Shown here: piece after piece, positions 10,274 to 19,213 of the stretch
How the letters are laid out: the number at the start of each line of letters is the position of its first letter
Numbering within the stretch: the stretch's first letter is position 1
Sequence record: NC_061450.1
Reading direction: 5' to 3' (one strand)
Length of the DNA: 64,000 bases
Translations under genes and position numbers: made by a program
The notes under the pieces: generated by a model
Databases searched by the model: none
The model's input: the letters and a program-made list of their open reading frames with translations, nothing else
What the model was told of the DNA's origin: nothing

Positions 10274-10851
10274 TGGATATGTCCGCACTCGGTATTGTTA
10301 AGCAGCATCGCGTGATACCAATAACGGATCGCAATATCACCCGAGACTTCCTGTCTGGTCGCATTAGTGTCATAGGCGTTGAGTGTAATACTCGCGGCGT
10401 GTATGGCAGTCCACTGCAAAAGACACTGGCAGGTCTCTATCCTGCAATGCTGCCACACGTCACACAGCCCTGCCGTGAAAAGCTGGGTACCACTGACATG
10501 TGGCATGTTAAAAGCCGCAACAGTGCTCGTCGTCAGTTTGTTGCCAACATGTATCTGAGCCGTGGCTTTGGTCTTGGGCGCAACAACTTCAACCGCGGTA
10601 CTGAACCGGTGAATCGTTTCAAACGTGAGTTCCTCGAAACAGCCTTTGATAGTCTGATAGAGAATTGCCGTAGAAACAACGTACCACCTGATCGCGCGAT
10701 AGGATTGCAACGCGTGTACGGTGGATTGGGCGGAGTGTCGTGGGCTGAGGTGGTTGAAGTGCTGGATGCCTTGTGTGAAAAACACCAGATCAGCGTATAT
10801 GTCTATCTGCCGAAGAACTACGATACTGCATTTGTCAGAGGTAAGAAATAA
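10273..10851 (+). CDS. macrodomain (ADP-ribose binding/hydrolase, TARG1/DarG-like) protein
   Basis: VECNTRGVYG, FVANMY, AIGLQRVYGGLGGVSWAEV...ISVYVY match macro consensus (IAxPRIGxGLGGLxW). Confidence 0.7.
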   Translation: MDMSALGIVKQHRVIPITDRNITRDFLSGRISVIGVECNTRGVYGSPLQKTLAGLYPAMLPHVTQPCREKLGTTDMWHVKSRNSARRQFVANMYLSRGFGLGRNNFNRGTEPVNRFKREFLETAFDSLIENCRRNNVPPDRAIGLQRVYGGLGGVSWAEVVEVLDALCEKHQISVYVYLPKNYDTAFVRGKK

Positions 10852-10866
10852 AACTGGGGATCTGCG

Positions 10867-11202
10867 ATGAACAACACGATACGCGGATTTGATTGGATAT
10901 TCTTTGGGGACGGCACTGATACTGGACAGCACACGATTAAAACCGTGGAGGTAGACCCGCAGCGTCGTCGAGTAGAGTTGGAAATTTCAAATGGCAGCTT
11001 AGTTCCTGTCATTACCGCTCTACAGGAAAACTCCATAATTTATGCTCAAGCAGATGAAGGGCTTTATCGCATTGAATATCACTGCTCGTTCAAGCACTTG
11101 GATGCCTCGTGCTTTCCACATAACCGCCGTCGTGTGAGTCTAGGGTTGGTAGTCCTAACCTTCCTACCTGGGCAGACTACGCACGACAAGATTATTAATT
11201 AG
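10867..11202 (+). CDS. hypothetical protein
   Basis: 111-aa ORF in gene-dense block. Confidence 0.55.
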   Translation: MNNTIRGFDWIFFGDGTDTGQHTIKTVEVDPQRRRVELEISNGSLVPVITALQENSIIYAQADEGLYRIEYHCSFKHLDASCFPHNRRRVSLGLVVLTFLPGQTTHDKIIN

Positions 11203-11213
11203 GACTATTAATT

Positions 11214-11969
11214 ATGACCACTAACTATGCGCAGCAAGTCCAAAAGATATTGGGTAGCATGAACTTCAACGACTACAAGAAGCCTACAGCGGAGCAAATG
11301 CAAGAACTGTTGACTCAAGGCCGTTCTCGTATTCTCGCAGCATCAGACACAGACCAACTGTGCCCGTTGTCTGTTGAGTTCTTTCCGTTCTGCTGGTCTG
11401 TTGTTGGACGCTTCGGCGCCGCCTCGTACAATGCCGTAGAGATTGCAAGTCTCACCAAGATTCAACCAATCTTTATTGCGTGTGCTATTCATGAGTATGG
11501 ATTAGATTGGGCCTATCGTCTGTTCACCCTCAAAAGACTTGTTGGGCTAGACCGTGGTCCTAATACGATTGTCCAGGGCGCTACATGGCACTGGTCTGTA
11601 TCTGAGATTCGCCGTCGTGTCGAACCCACTTCAATGTCTGCTCGATCCCAGCGTCAAACTGAATTGGTTCGTGTGGTTAATCGCGGCAGCATTGAAGACC
11701 TTGCAGCAGCAGTCAAAAACACAGGCAACCTTATCATCAGTGTTATCGAGCCTAAACGCCGTGATGTTTTTCGTGACCCACGTCCGAAACTCGAAGCGAT
11801 AAAGCGAAAGGGTAATGGCCAGGCCATGACTGTGGTAACTCCCAAGACTGAAAAGCAGCGCTGGCATCAGTTTGCTGTGCATCCCTATCCTGTAGACAAG
11901 ACTAAACCCAGTGTTGGTGCTGTGCGCAGGATTCGTGGTGGGCATTGTGTGTATCAATTGCCAAACTGA
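11214..11969 (+). CDS. hypothetical protein with basic C-terminal half
   Basis: 251-aa ORF, RBS TAGGA. Confidence 0.6.
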   Translation: MTTNYAQQVQKILGSMNFNDYKKPTAEQMQELLTQGRSRILAASDTDQLCPLSVEFFPFCWSVVGRFGAASYNAVEIASLTKIQPIFIACAIHEYGLDWAYRLFTLKRLVGLDRGPNTIVQGATWHWSVSEIRRRVEPTSMSARSQRQTELVRVVNRGSIEDLAAAVKNTGNLIISVIEPKRRDVFRDPRPKLEAIKRKGNGQAMTVVTPKTEKQRWHQFAVHPYPVDKTKPSVGAVRRIRGGHCVYQLPN

Positions 11970-11970
11970 T

Positions 11971-11979
11971 CTGTAAATA
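11971..11979 (+). promoter_or_regulatory. CTGTAAATA putative phage promoter upstream of cmoA
   Basis: Intergenic exact motif. Confidence 0.6.
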
Positions 11980-12042
11980 AATCTGGGAATGGTAATTTCG
12001 GGAGGTCTACTTGATCTCCCTTTTCGTATCTGAGGAACCACA

Positions 12043-12807
12043 ATGAGCAACATTGATAAAACAATGCCACAAGGCAAATGGGAATTTGATGAAAACGTTG
12101 CCTGCGTGTTTGATAACATGCTGCAAAACAGTATTCCAAGCTATGACCGTATGCGTGAGCTTACCCACTTCTTGGGTCGTCGCTTTGTAACTCCAGGCAC
12201 TGCCATAGTTGACCTGGGTGCATCGTTGGGTCGTGCTATCGAGCCGTTTGCTCGTGAGTTTGGTGCGCCTCGTGGTGAGCAGAACGGTGACCATGTTCGT
12301 TCGTGTGGTAACTACTACAGCCTGTATGAAGTAGCTCCTGCCATGCGTGAGCGTCTTGAAAAGAACCCATTGCTCCAAGCAGTGCAGGCCGAACTCAGTG
12401 ACTATAGCCTGACGGATGTTGACTCGTTCAAACTCAACGATGGAAAAATCGATTGTTCGTTGATTCTCAGCGTGTTAACTCTCCAGTTCACGCCCATCGA
12501 ACACCGCCAACACATCCTCGAGACCGTGTATGACTCGCTACAGCCTGGTGGCGCATTCATCTTGGTAGAGAAAGTGTTGGGCGATGACAACTTCCTTGAT
12601 CGTATGCTGGTCGATACCTATTATGGCATGAAAGGCGGCAACGGTTACTCGGCTGAATCTATCGCTGCTAAGCGCAAGTCACTTGAAGGCGTGCTGGTTC
12701 CAGTTAAAGCCGCATGGAATGAAGAACTGTTGCGCAAGACAGGCTTCAAACGTGTTGAGTGTTTCTATCGTGACCTGAATTTCGCAGGCTGGATTGCAGT
12801 CAAATAA
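12043..12807 (+). CDS. cmoA: carboxy-S-adenosylmethionine synthase (CmoA-like)
   Basis: Collinear with E. coli CmoA: WEFDENVACVFDNM, SIPSY, VDLGASLG, LTLQF, LQPGGAFILVEK, NGYS..I..KRxxLE with the conserved Arg, ECFY..LNF. Confidence 0.9.
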   Translation: MSNIDKTMPQGKWEFDENVACVFDNMLQNSIPSYDRMRELTHFLGRRFVTPGTAIVDLGASLGRAIEPFAREFGAPRGEQNGDHVRSCGNYYSLYEVAPAMRERLEKNPLLQAVQAELSDYSLTDVDSFKLNDGKIDCSLILSVLTLQFTPIEHRQHILETVYDSLQPGGAFILVEKVLGDDNFLDRMLVDTYYGMKGGNGYSAESIAAKRKSLEGVLVPVKAAWNEELLRKTGFKRVECFYRDLNFAGWIAVK

Positions 12808-12854
12808 AACCTTCGGTGGCTTATTGCTGCCCCTGTTAGTTTAAGGAAAACCTA

Positions 12855-13736
12855 ATGGCTAACCGTCAACAGCGCTGTGCTCAAATGATACGCGAGTCAC
12901 TAATCAACGAAATCAAAAAGGCTCGCAGCAAACGTCCTTATGTATTCCTCAGCGGTGGAGTTGATTCTAACTGCATCCTGTTTGCAGCACTTGAAGCAGG
13001 CACGCGTCCGATCACGCTTAGCTTCCACATGGAAGGCGTTAACAGCCGTGACTTCCGAGCAGCACAACGCACGGCACAACACTTTGGTCTGGAGTTTATT
13101 GAGGTTGTGTTGCCATCAGATCCAGACCGTCTGAAAAGCGACGTGCTGACAATGGCTGAACGCTATAAGTGCGTGCAGAAAAACGAGTTTGAATGTAGCT
13201 GGCCAATGCTGTACAGCTTCTTCCACGTTAAACGCCATGCAGAAGCCGCAGGTATCAAACGTCCTGTGACGTTCACGGGCCAAGGTGCTGACTTGATGTA
13301 CCTCAGCAGCAAGAAAGCCAGCATTCACTACAAAGATCGTCCTGATGTTTGGCGCAAAGAAGGTCGCGCTAACCCACACCGCACTCAGGGTCGTATCTTA
13401 CCTCTGATGGCTCAAGATGCTGGTGTGCGCAACATCAAGCCTTGGGACAGCGAAGAAATCCTTGATGCGTTTCTTGGCACCAGCTGGGAAGACGTAAACA
13501 AGCCACGCCAGAAAGAACCTTCGCGCATGGCGTTTGAAGATTACTTCCAGCAGATTCGCGTATACAACCATCAAAACTTCCAGCTGGGTGATACCAAGAT
13601 TGCAGAGCACTTTGAGCAACTACTGGATGACCCTAAGTTCAACCCAGATAATCGTTACAAGTCTGTGGTGGGCGTATACAACGAACTCGCACGCCGCTTT
13701 GGCAACGAGATTCCTCAACAAGAAGAAGACGAATAA
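12855..13736 (+). CDS. asparagine-synthetase-like ATP-dependent amide ligase lacking glutaminase domain (CmoY-like candidate)
   Basis: PP-loop FLSGGVDS, DFRAAQRTAQHFG, TFTGQGAD (cf. AsnB SGEGAD); 293 aa with no N-terminal Ntn domain. Confidence 0.8.
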   Translation: MANRQQRCAQMIRESLINEIKKARSKRPYVFLSGGVDSNCILFAALEAGTRPITLSFHMEGVNSRDFRAAQRTAQHFGLEFIEVVLPSDPDRLKSDVLTMAERYKCVQKNEFECSWPMLYSFFHVKRHAEAAGIKRPVTFTGQGADLMYLSSKKASIHYKDRPDVWRKEGRANPHRTQGRILPLMAQDAGVRNIKPWDSEEILDAFLGTSWEDVNKPRQKEPSRMAFEDYFQQIRVYNHQNFQLGDTKIAEHFEQLLDDPKFNPDNRYKSVVGVYNELARRFGNEIPQQEEDE

Positions 13737-14386
13737 TGCTGATTAATATCTTTGACGTCCGCCAGATTGCGGGTCACACAGCAAAACTGCTTGAGCGTGC
13801 AGGCCACACTGTTAACATCCACCAGCCGATGAATCGCATCAGTGATTCAGGGCGTGAGTTTAATCATCCACAGACAATCACCTGCATGGGCGATAGCCTG
13901 AACAGGAAAGATGTGGTTGAACGTGCTTTGACCTACTGTCTGCAAAGCAATCGCGCACTGTGGTTGGTACCCAGCGTTAGCGCCAGTGTTGTGGGTCGTG
14001 ATATGCTTGACCTAGGCGGCAACAGTGAGAACATCATCTTTTGTGAACCGCCTCTGTACAACACGGATAAAATCATTGGCAGCACCTTGACCATTGATTC
14101 TACGCGCCGTGCTCAGCAGATCGCTCGTATTCGCGGCAATGATGTTGGCCATATTTACTCAGAGCTGGTGGCAGATGACGGTCTGATTCACCTGTGTGGA
14201 TTGGCCCTGCAAGACAGCATGTTCCGCGACAATGCACGCATTCGCTTTAAAGAAGCCACAAAAGGTGGAGCGTATCTCGCCAGTAGTGTGCTGGTGGCCT
14301 ATGCCAACTTCTTTGGCTTTACTTCACAACAACGTCCTGACTATGTGCAACTGGTAGCAGACTTTGTGGCCAAAAGGAACGCGTAA
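13736..14386 (+). CDS. hypothetical protein, possible degenerate prephenate-dehydrogenase fold
   Basis: TAATG-coupled to the ligase; QIAGHTAKLLERAGHTVNI, VPSV, CEPPL, GLIH, SS...G...QRP align by eye with TyrA motifs. Confidence 0.45.
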   Translation: MLINIFDVRQIAGHTAKLLERAGHTVNIHQPMNRISDSGREFNHPQTITCMGDSLNRKDVVERALTYCLQSNRALWLVPSVSASVVGRDMLDLGGNSENIIFCEPPLYNTDKIIGSTLTIDSTRRAQQIARIRGNDVGHIYSELVADDGLIHLCGLALQDSMFRDNARIRFKEATKGGAYLASSVLVAYANFFGFTSQQRPDYVQLVADFVAKRNA

Positions 14387-14622
14387 TGCTGGCATTCATC
14401 GCCTGTGTGTTTTATGCAGTGTACTGTATCTGCTTTGTATTGTGTGTTGTGTTCACCTCATTAGTGCTTGACCCACAAAAGATGATGGGCTTTGGTGCTA
14501 TGATGGACCAAGAGCTGGACAAGCACGGTCCAGACTTCTTTCACAAGGTCTTGATTCCAGTCATTGGTGGAGCAACTCTCTTGTTCAAGTTGTTGTATAT
14601 TGTATGCTGGCATTACGCATAA
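14386..14622 (+). CDS. small membrane protein
   Basis: Two hydrophobic segments; coupled start. Confidence 0.6.
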   Translation: MLAFIACVFYAVYCICFVLCVVFTSLVLDPQKMMGFGAMMDQELDKHGPDFFHKVLIPVIGGATLLFKLLYIVCWHYA

Positions 14623-14631
14623 GGAGCAAAG

Positions 14632-14877
14632 GTGAATCCAGTGATAGACGGATTAGTAGCAGCAGTCTTGGGCTATGTGGGCAAAGTTTTTATCGTCTTG
14701 TGTCTGTTTAGTCTCGTGTTGCTGTTGGCTGTTGAATACAAATTGGGTGCAGCACTTATTCCAGTTGATGATAGCATCCACAGACTACGTGTTTTTGCTT
14801 TGGTATGGCTGGGCAAAGGTTGCTTGATGGTAATCGCCTCAGATGTGCTTAGTGGCACATTCAAGTGGAGGAAATAG
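14632..14877 (+). CDS. small membrane protein
   Basis: GTG start, RBS AAGGAG; two hydrophobic segments. Confidence 0.6.
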   Translation: MNPVIDGLVAAVLGYVGKVFIVLCLFSLVLLLAVEYKLGAALIPVDDSIHRLRVFALVWLGKGCLMVIASDVLSGTFKWRK

Positions 14878-15140
14878 TGATTAACATTTTCCGTATGAAG
14901 AAAACTCCGACCATTAAGGCTTGTCAATGGAACGGAGAGAACCACGAAGAAATCGAAGACTTTATCGGCGACGCTGGTCACATTCAAGGTCGCTATGTTA
15001 TGCTTGGTGCAGTTGACCAGTGGGGCAAGCCTACTATTCTCAATGTCAGCGTAGGCAACTATGTTGTGCAGACAGAAGATGGCAAGTTTTGTGGTATGCT
15101 GATCACCGAGCTGTTTGACCTTTACGTGCTGGAGGATTGA
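14877..15140 (+). CDS. conserved phage protein (A.QW.G.N / V..G.Y.V...G.F family)
   Basis: GTG at 14877 with GGAGG RBS; IKACQWNGEN, VGNYVVQTEDGKF. Confidence 0.65.
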   Translation: MINIFRMKKTPTIKACQWNGENHEEIEDFIGDAGHIQGRYVMLGAVDQWGKPTILNVSVGNYVVQTEDGKFCGMLITELFDLYVLED

Positions 15141-15392
15141 ATGACAGAGAAAACTACTCGTTGGGTTCCTGTGCTGGAACTCAAAATTGAAGGTGATGAT
15201 GCCGTAGCTGCAAACGCCTTGTATGCCAAAATCGTAGACGCGCTTGACAGCGTTGGTGTTATTGTTGAACACAAAGACGCGGCCGCATGGCAAGTTCTTG
15301 CTCAGGAAGGTCGTACTGACCCGATGGACGCTGATGACCTTCTGGATGAGATCAGTCCTGTTGTGCAAATCTCCTGCACGGTACAAAGCTGA
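15141..15392 (+). CDS. hypothetical protein
   Basis: RBS GGAGG; abuts neighbours. Confidence 0.6.
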   Translation: MTEKTTRWVPVLELKIEGDDAVAANALYAKIVDALDSVGVIVEHKDAAAWQVLAQEGRTDPMDADDLLDEISPVVQISCTVQS

Positions 15393-15814
15393 TGGAAAAG
15401 GTCAAAGTATCAAGCACGCAGTGTCCTGATTTCGTTGAAGGTGGTATTGCCTATTGGGAGCGCAGCGAAGACCCATTCCACGTCAAAGCATATCCCAAGA
15501 CTATCAAGCATCTTGCACCACGTCAGATAGGCAAACGTAAAGCAGGCTGGATGGCTATCGACGGCAGTGAGAATGCAATTGGCTTTGTTGCTGATGGCGA
15601 AGTTGTCAAGTCAGAAGGCATTCAGTGGATGACGTATCAGGGACCATTTGATCGCCCTGTGTGCATACCTCTCGCTGAAACCAGCATTCGCACAATCGAG
15701 TTCCACTGCAAGATGGCCAAAGAGCGCAAGCGCAAGAACCTTGCAGTTGTCGAACGTCAAACAGGACTTGTCGATCAAGCAGTGGCAATCGTCAAACGCA
15801 TAATCTGTAAATAA
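15392..15814 (+). CDS. hypothetical protein
   Basis: Coupled start; 140 aa. Confidence 0.6.
   Translation: MEKVKVSSTQCPDFVEGGIAYWERSEDPFHVKAYPKTIKHLAPRQIGKRKAGWMAIDGSENAIGFVADGEVVKSEGIQWMTYQGPFDRPVCIPLAETSIRTIEFHCKMAKERKRKNLAVVERQTGLVDQAVAIVKRIICK
15805..15813 (+). promoter_or_regulatory. CTGTAAATA putative phage promoter
   Basis: About 30 nt upstream of 15845 ATG. Confidence 0.55.
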
Positions 15815-15844
15815 CACGTAGGCAAACAAGTTAAAGGCAGAGTC

Positions 15845-16300
15845 ATGAGTCCCTTAGCAATTTTAAAGGCACAGGTTAAACGTTCGTTGGTTGGAGAAGC
15901 CAACTACGATCCCGAAGTACGCGAACTGTTTGATTGGCGATTCGTTGCCAACGTTGGCGGAAAGCAGTATCTGGTTGGCAAGACTGGCGCTAACACCGTG
16001 TACTATCAAACGCCAGACATGGACCAACCCGCTCCGTGTTACCCTTCTGATATTGAAGGTATTATCGATAGTTGGAGCAAGGCCAAATACCTCAGCTTCT
16101 TTATCTGCCATAAAAAGTTTGATAACATCAAGCTGGACAACATCAAGACAATTGAAGATGCTCTCCAGAAGGTTCCAAAGACCTTCCACGACAAGACCTT
16201 CATTGCTGGTGTAACACCAAAAGGCAAGCGTCACAAACTGTATGTGTTGCAGGCGGGCTTGCGTGGCAATACCTGGGTACCGTTGAAGGAGCAGGATTAA
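15845..16300 (+). CDS. hypothetical protein
   Basis: 151-aa ORF. Confidence 0.6.
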   Translation: MSPLAILKAQVKRSLVGEANYDPEVRELFDWRFVANVGGKQYLVGKTGANTVYYQTPDMDQPAPCYPSDIEGIIDSWSKAKYLSFFICHKKFDNIKLDNIKTIEDALQKVPKTFHDKTFIAGVTPKGKRHKLYVLQAGLRGNTWVPLKEQD

Positions 16301-16632
16301 TGGGCAACAAACTCATAGCTCTGGAAAAAGGGCTTGAAACGGCGCACTTAAAATTAAACGGTGAGTTTGACAACGACCAAGCAATCAATCTGGACTTGGT
16401 TGTTTCCGTGCAGCGTACCTCAACAAATTGCTTCCTGAAAGATACAGGCGTCGGACATGGCAGTCCTTATTCCAACGGTTTGGCGAATCAGGTTGATATC
16501 TTTATACTGCACTTTACGTTGGTTGGTAACGTGCATCGTCGCTGGGTGTTCTTTGAGAATACCCGAAGCACTCGCGACGCAATATTCAACCAAATACTCA
16601 GCCAGGCATACAGCGCGAAAAATGGTGTATAA
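16300..16632 (+). CDS. hypothetical protein
   Basis: TAATG-coupled, RBS AAGGAG. Confidence 0.6.
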   Translation: MGNKLIALEKGLETAHLKLNGEFDNDQAINLDLVVSVQRTSTNCFLKDTGVGHGSPYSNGLANQVDIFILHFTLVGNVHRRWVFFENTRSTRDAIFNQILSQAYSAKNGV

Positions 16633-16637
16633 CACAG

Positions 16638-16663
16638 AGGGTGGCCCCAGGGCTGCCCTTTTT
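16638..16663 (+). terminator. intrinsic terminator
   Basis: AGGGTGGCC-CCAG-GGCTGCCCT then T-run; near-identical copy at 34850. Confidence 0.7.
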
Positions 16664-16680
16664 CGATCTTGTGCAGAAAT

Positions 16681-16689
16681 CTGTAAATA
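16681..16689 (+). promoter_or_regulatory. CTGTAAATA putative phage promoter upstream of dam
   Basis: Follows terminator, about 26 nt before ATG 16716. Confidence 0.6.
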
Positions 16690-16715
16690 ATATAAAACGA
16701 GCTATAGAGAATACT

Positions 16716-17552
16716 ATGCAGTATATCAGCCCTATTCGATACCAGGGATCGAAGCGTAGCCTTATTCCTGTTATCAAGCAACTTGCACCACAAGACTGCA
16801 CCAACATGATTGACGCCTTTGGTGGTTCGGCAACTGTGGTACTCAACATGGATCATCGACGCCGCATGTACTGCGAGTCATATCAGCCTGTGTTTGAGAT
16901 TGTTGATACTCTGGCTAGTGTTGAACCCCATCGAACAGTCAACAAAGTAAAGCGATTGGTTAAGCGTTGGAAACTGGATAAGCACAGCCCTGACAATTTC
17001 TTTAAATTTCGTGACCACGCCAACAGCAGACGTGACCCATTGATGTTTTATATCTTGCATCGCCATGCACATAGCAACCTGTTGCGTTTCAATCAGGACG
17101 GTGAGTACAACGTACCGTTCGGTAAACGTGGCATAGCGGACAATATGGAAGATGTAGAACGTGAAATCTATACCTTCTTTTATAACATGCAGGACGTGCA
17201 ACGAGTCAACGCACGTTATGGTCAGGTGTTGTTGGACAGCAGGTCTAAACTCAACCACAAGACATTCATTTATTTTGATCCTCCTTATCTGGCCAGTGGT
17301 GCCAACTGCTACGATAGTTGGTCCGAGAAATACGAGCACCAGTTGTTGCGTAATCTTGAACGATTGACCGTGATGGGCGTCAAGTGGATGTTAAGCAACG
17401 TCACCCAGCACAGGCATTTTCGCAACGATGTGCTGATCAAGTGGTTAAAGAAGAATAAAATTCGTGTTGTGTATCCGAACAAGACCTATGCATTGGCTAA
17501 CCTGCACGGTGATAGCCACAGCACTGTAGAAATCATTGCAATGAACTATTGA
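16716..17552 (+). CDS. dam: Dam-family (D12 class) N6-adenine DNA methyltransferase
   Basis: RYQGSK, IDAFGGSATV, FNVPFG-like YNVPFG, FIYFDPPY, WMLSN; start moved from 16641 to 16716 because 16641 lies in the terminator. Confidence 0.88.
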   Translation: MQYISPIRYQGSKRSLIPVIKQLAPQDCTNMIDAFGGSATVVLNMDHRRRMYCESYQPVFEIVDTLASVEPHRTVNKVKRLVKRWKLDKHSPDNFFKFRDHANSRRDPLMFYILHRHAHSNLLRFNQDGEYNVPFGKRGIADNMEDVEREIYTFFYNMQDVQRVNARYGQVLLDSRSKLNHKTFIYFDPPYLASGANCYDSWSEKYEHQLLRNLERLTVMGVKWMLSNVTQHRHFRNDVLIKWLKKNKIRVVYPNKTYALANLHGDSHSTVEIIAMNY

Positions 17553-17559
17553 GACACTT

Positions 17560-18255
17560 ATGATAACTGCACAAGACGTATTAAAAACGAATCTGTTCGA
17601 ATTGACTGCCTACTCGGGCTTCCAGCAGTATGTTACTCGCGCCGAAAACAAAGCAGCTATCACCGAAGAAGTTGGTCGCCGCATGGCAGACAGCCTCAAA
17701 TTCGATTACGATAATCTCAAGGCTCTGAACCATTTGCATCTTGCCATTTGCCTAGGCATGCCTAGCTGCTATGCTGAGATCAACATTGTGGCTCAGGGCT
17801 TTATGATGAATGATGTGCATGAAGTCCGAGAAATGTTTGATCCTCTGTTGGACAAAGTGACCGTTATTGACCTGTACGAGCACGGTATAAATATGAGACA
17901 GCATCATGAGCAAAGCTGGTCAGCACGGCGCTTTGTTGATATGGCTGTGTATCTGCATAATACACTGAGTGATCATTTGGATGACCGCACAACTACGTGC
18001 ATTGGTTTTCCAGGCATGCCTAATATGGACCCATTGATTGCGCAGGCCATTGATGTTGCTCAACAGCACATGTTTGTCAACGGTGAGTATCTAGGTGAAC
18101 TGGTACCCGTCGGCTATACTCAGTATCTATATCGCTGTGTGCCTGAGACAAGCAGCAACGGCAATGTCATAATGACCACAAGCAGCGGCACCGTGTATCT
18201 GTCAGGCAGGCCTCAACGCGGCGACACTAACTCTAATCATCTGAGGCCTGTATGA
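17560..18255 (+). CDS. hypothetical protein
   Basis: 231-aa ORF. Confidence 0.6.
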   Translation: MITAQDVLKTNLFELTAYSGFQQYVTRAENKAAITEEVGRRMADSLKFDYDNLKALNHLHLAICLGMPSCYAEINIVAQGFMMNDVHEVREMFDPLLDKVTVIDLYEHGINMRQHHEQSWSARRFVDMAVYLHNTLSDHLDDRTTTCIGFPGMPNMDPLIAQAIDVAQQHMFVNGEYLGELVPVGYTQYLYRCVPETSSNGNVIMTTSSGTVYLSGRPQRGDTNSNHLRPV

Positions 18256-18294
18256 AAATCTCAACGGGATTGATTTTTCCTGGAGATAGCCAAC

Positions 18295-18594
18295 GTGTCT
18301 GAATCTATCAGGTCTAAGCTGGGTGAGTTGATTGTTCAGTTTGAACAGGATATTCATCAGGAAGTGCGAAAACACGGCCCGAGTCCTTACGGTGCTTGGG
18401 GGCCGCTTGCAGATTTAAGTGTGGAAGGCTATCGTAAAGTTATTGTACGACGTGTCCGCAACTCCTACCGTATGCTGTGTCGAGTGCTGGGACTACAGCA
18501 AGGTTATTATGCCTTTCGTCAGTTCTTCTATACCAACTCGACTTTAAAACAAATTGATCAGTTACTCAAGGAACACTATCGTGGCAGAACCTAA
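18295..18594 (+). CDS. hypothetical protein
   Basis: GTG start, RBS GGAG. Confidence 0.55.
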   Translation: MSESIRSKLGELIVQFEQDIHQEVRKHGPSPYGAWGPLADLSVEGYRKVIVRRVRNSYRMLCRVLGLQQGYYAFRQFFYTNSTLKQIDQLLKEHYRGRT

Positions 18595-19213
18595 ACCTAT
18601 TGATGAAATCAACGGCCTACAGTTACGCGAACAAGCAACAGAGTTGGTAAGCTACGCCCTAGAGCTAATGAACCTGGGATTCACTTTACCCATTACTTGG
18701 TGGCGTGACCACATTGTCGAAGACCCAAGCGAAAAGCTAACCCGCCGTCTTACTGTAGATGGTCCTGTGGTACATCGTGCGGCTATCAGCATCTTTGATT
18801 CTTACGACAAGTGCTGTGTGCTTTTGATGAATTACACCAATGCGGCATATGAAAGTTTCTGGCTGGTAATGGATCAAGCGGAGCACCTGCTGTGTAACGT
18901 GATGCGTCCAGGCCGCGTGTTCCAGTTTTCAGAACTGCGTACCAAAGGATCCCTCTCTCGCCACGGGATGCGCATTCTTACCTCAATGCACTTCCTTGTG
19001 TGGGTGAAGCACAGCGGAAGTGATGATATCATGCTTGCGCTGTCTAAATTGCCAAGAGATTGGCACTATGATATTCAAACCAAACCTATTCGTACCAGCT
19101 TTGCTCAGTGGCGCGATCACGTAGGGCGTAATCTTCACATGACTATCATACAAGAGCTGGTAAACAACTATCTGGCCCTCAGAGAGCCTGAACGTTTTGG
19201 AGGTGGTGCATGA
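18581..19213 (+). CDS. hypothetical protein
   Basis: GTG at 18581 with AAGGA RBS. Confidence 0.6.
   Translation: MAEPKPIDEINGLQLREQATELVSYALELMNLGFTLPITWWRDHIVEDPSEKLTRRLTVDGPVVHRAAISIFDSYDKCCVLLMNYTNAAYESFWLVMDQAEHLLCNVMRPGRVFQFSELRTKGSLSRHGMRILTSMHFLVWVKHSGSDDIMLALSKLPRDWHYDIQTKPIRTSFAQWRDHVGRNLHMTIIQELVNNYLALREPERFGGGA

Noticed and set aside
12043-12807. cmoA as a tRNA cmo5U auxiliary gene
   Set aside because: No cmoB seen, while a DNA MTase with the carboxy-SAM-type Arg is present; a tRNA role is not excluded but is less parsimonious
12855-13736. QueC (7-cyano-7-deazaguanine synthase) assignment from SGGVDS
   Set aside because: No C-terminal zinc Cys cluster; TGQGAD matches the Asn synthetase family; no folE/queD/queE in the window
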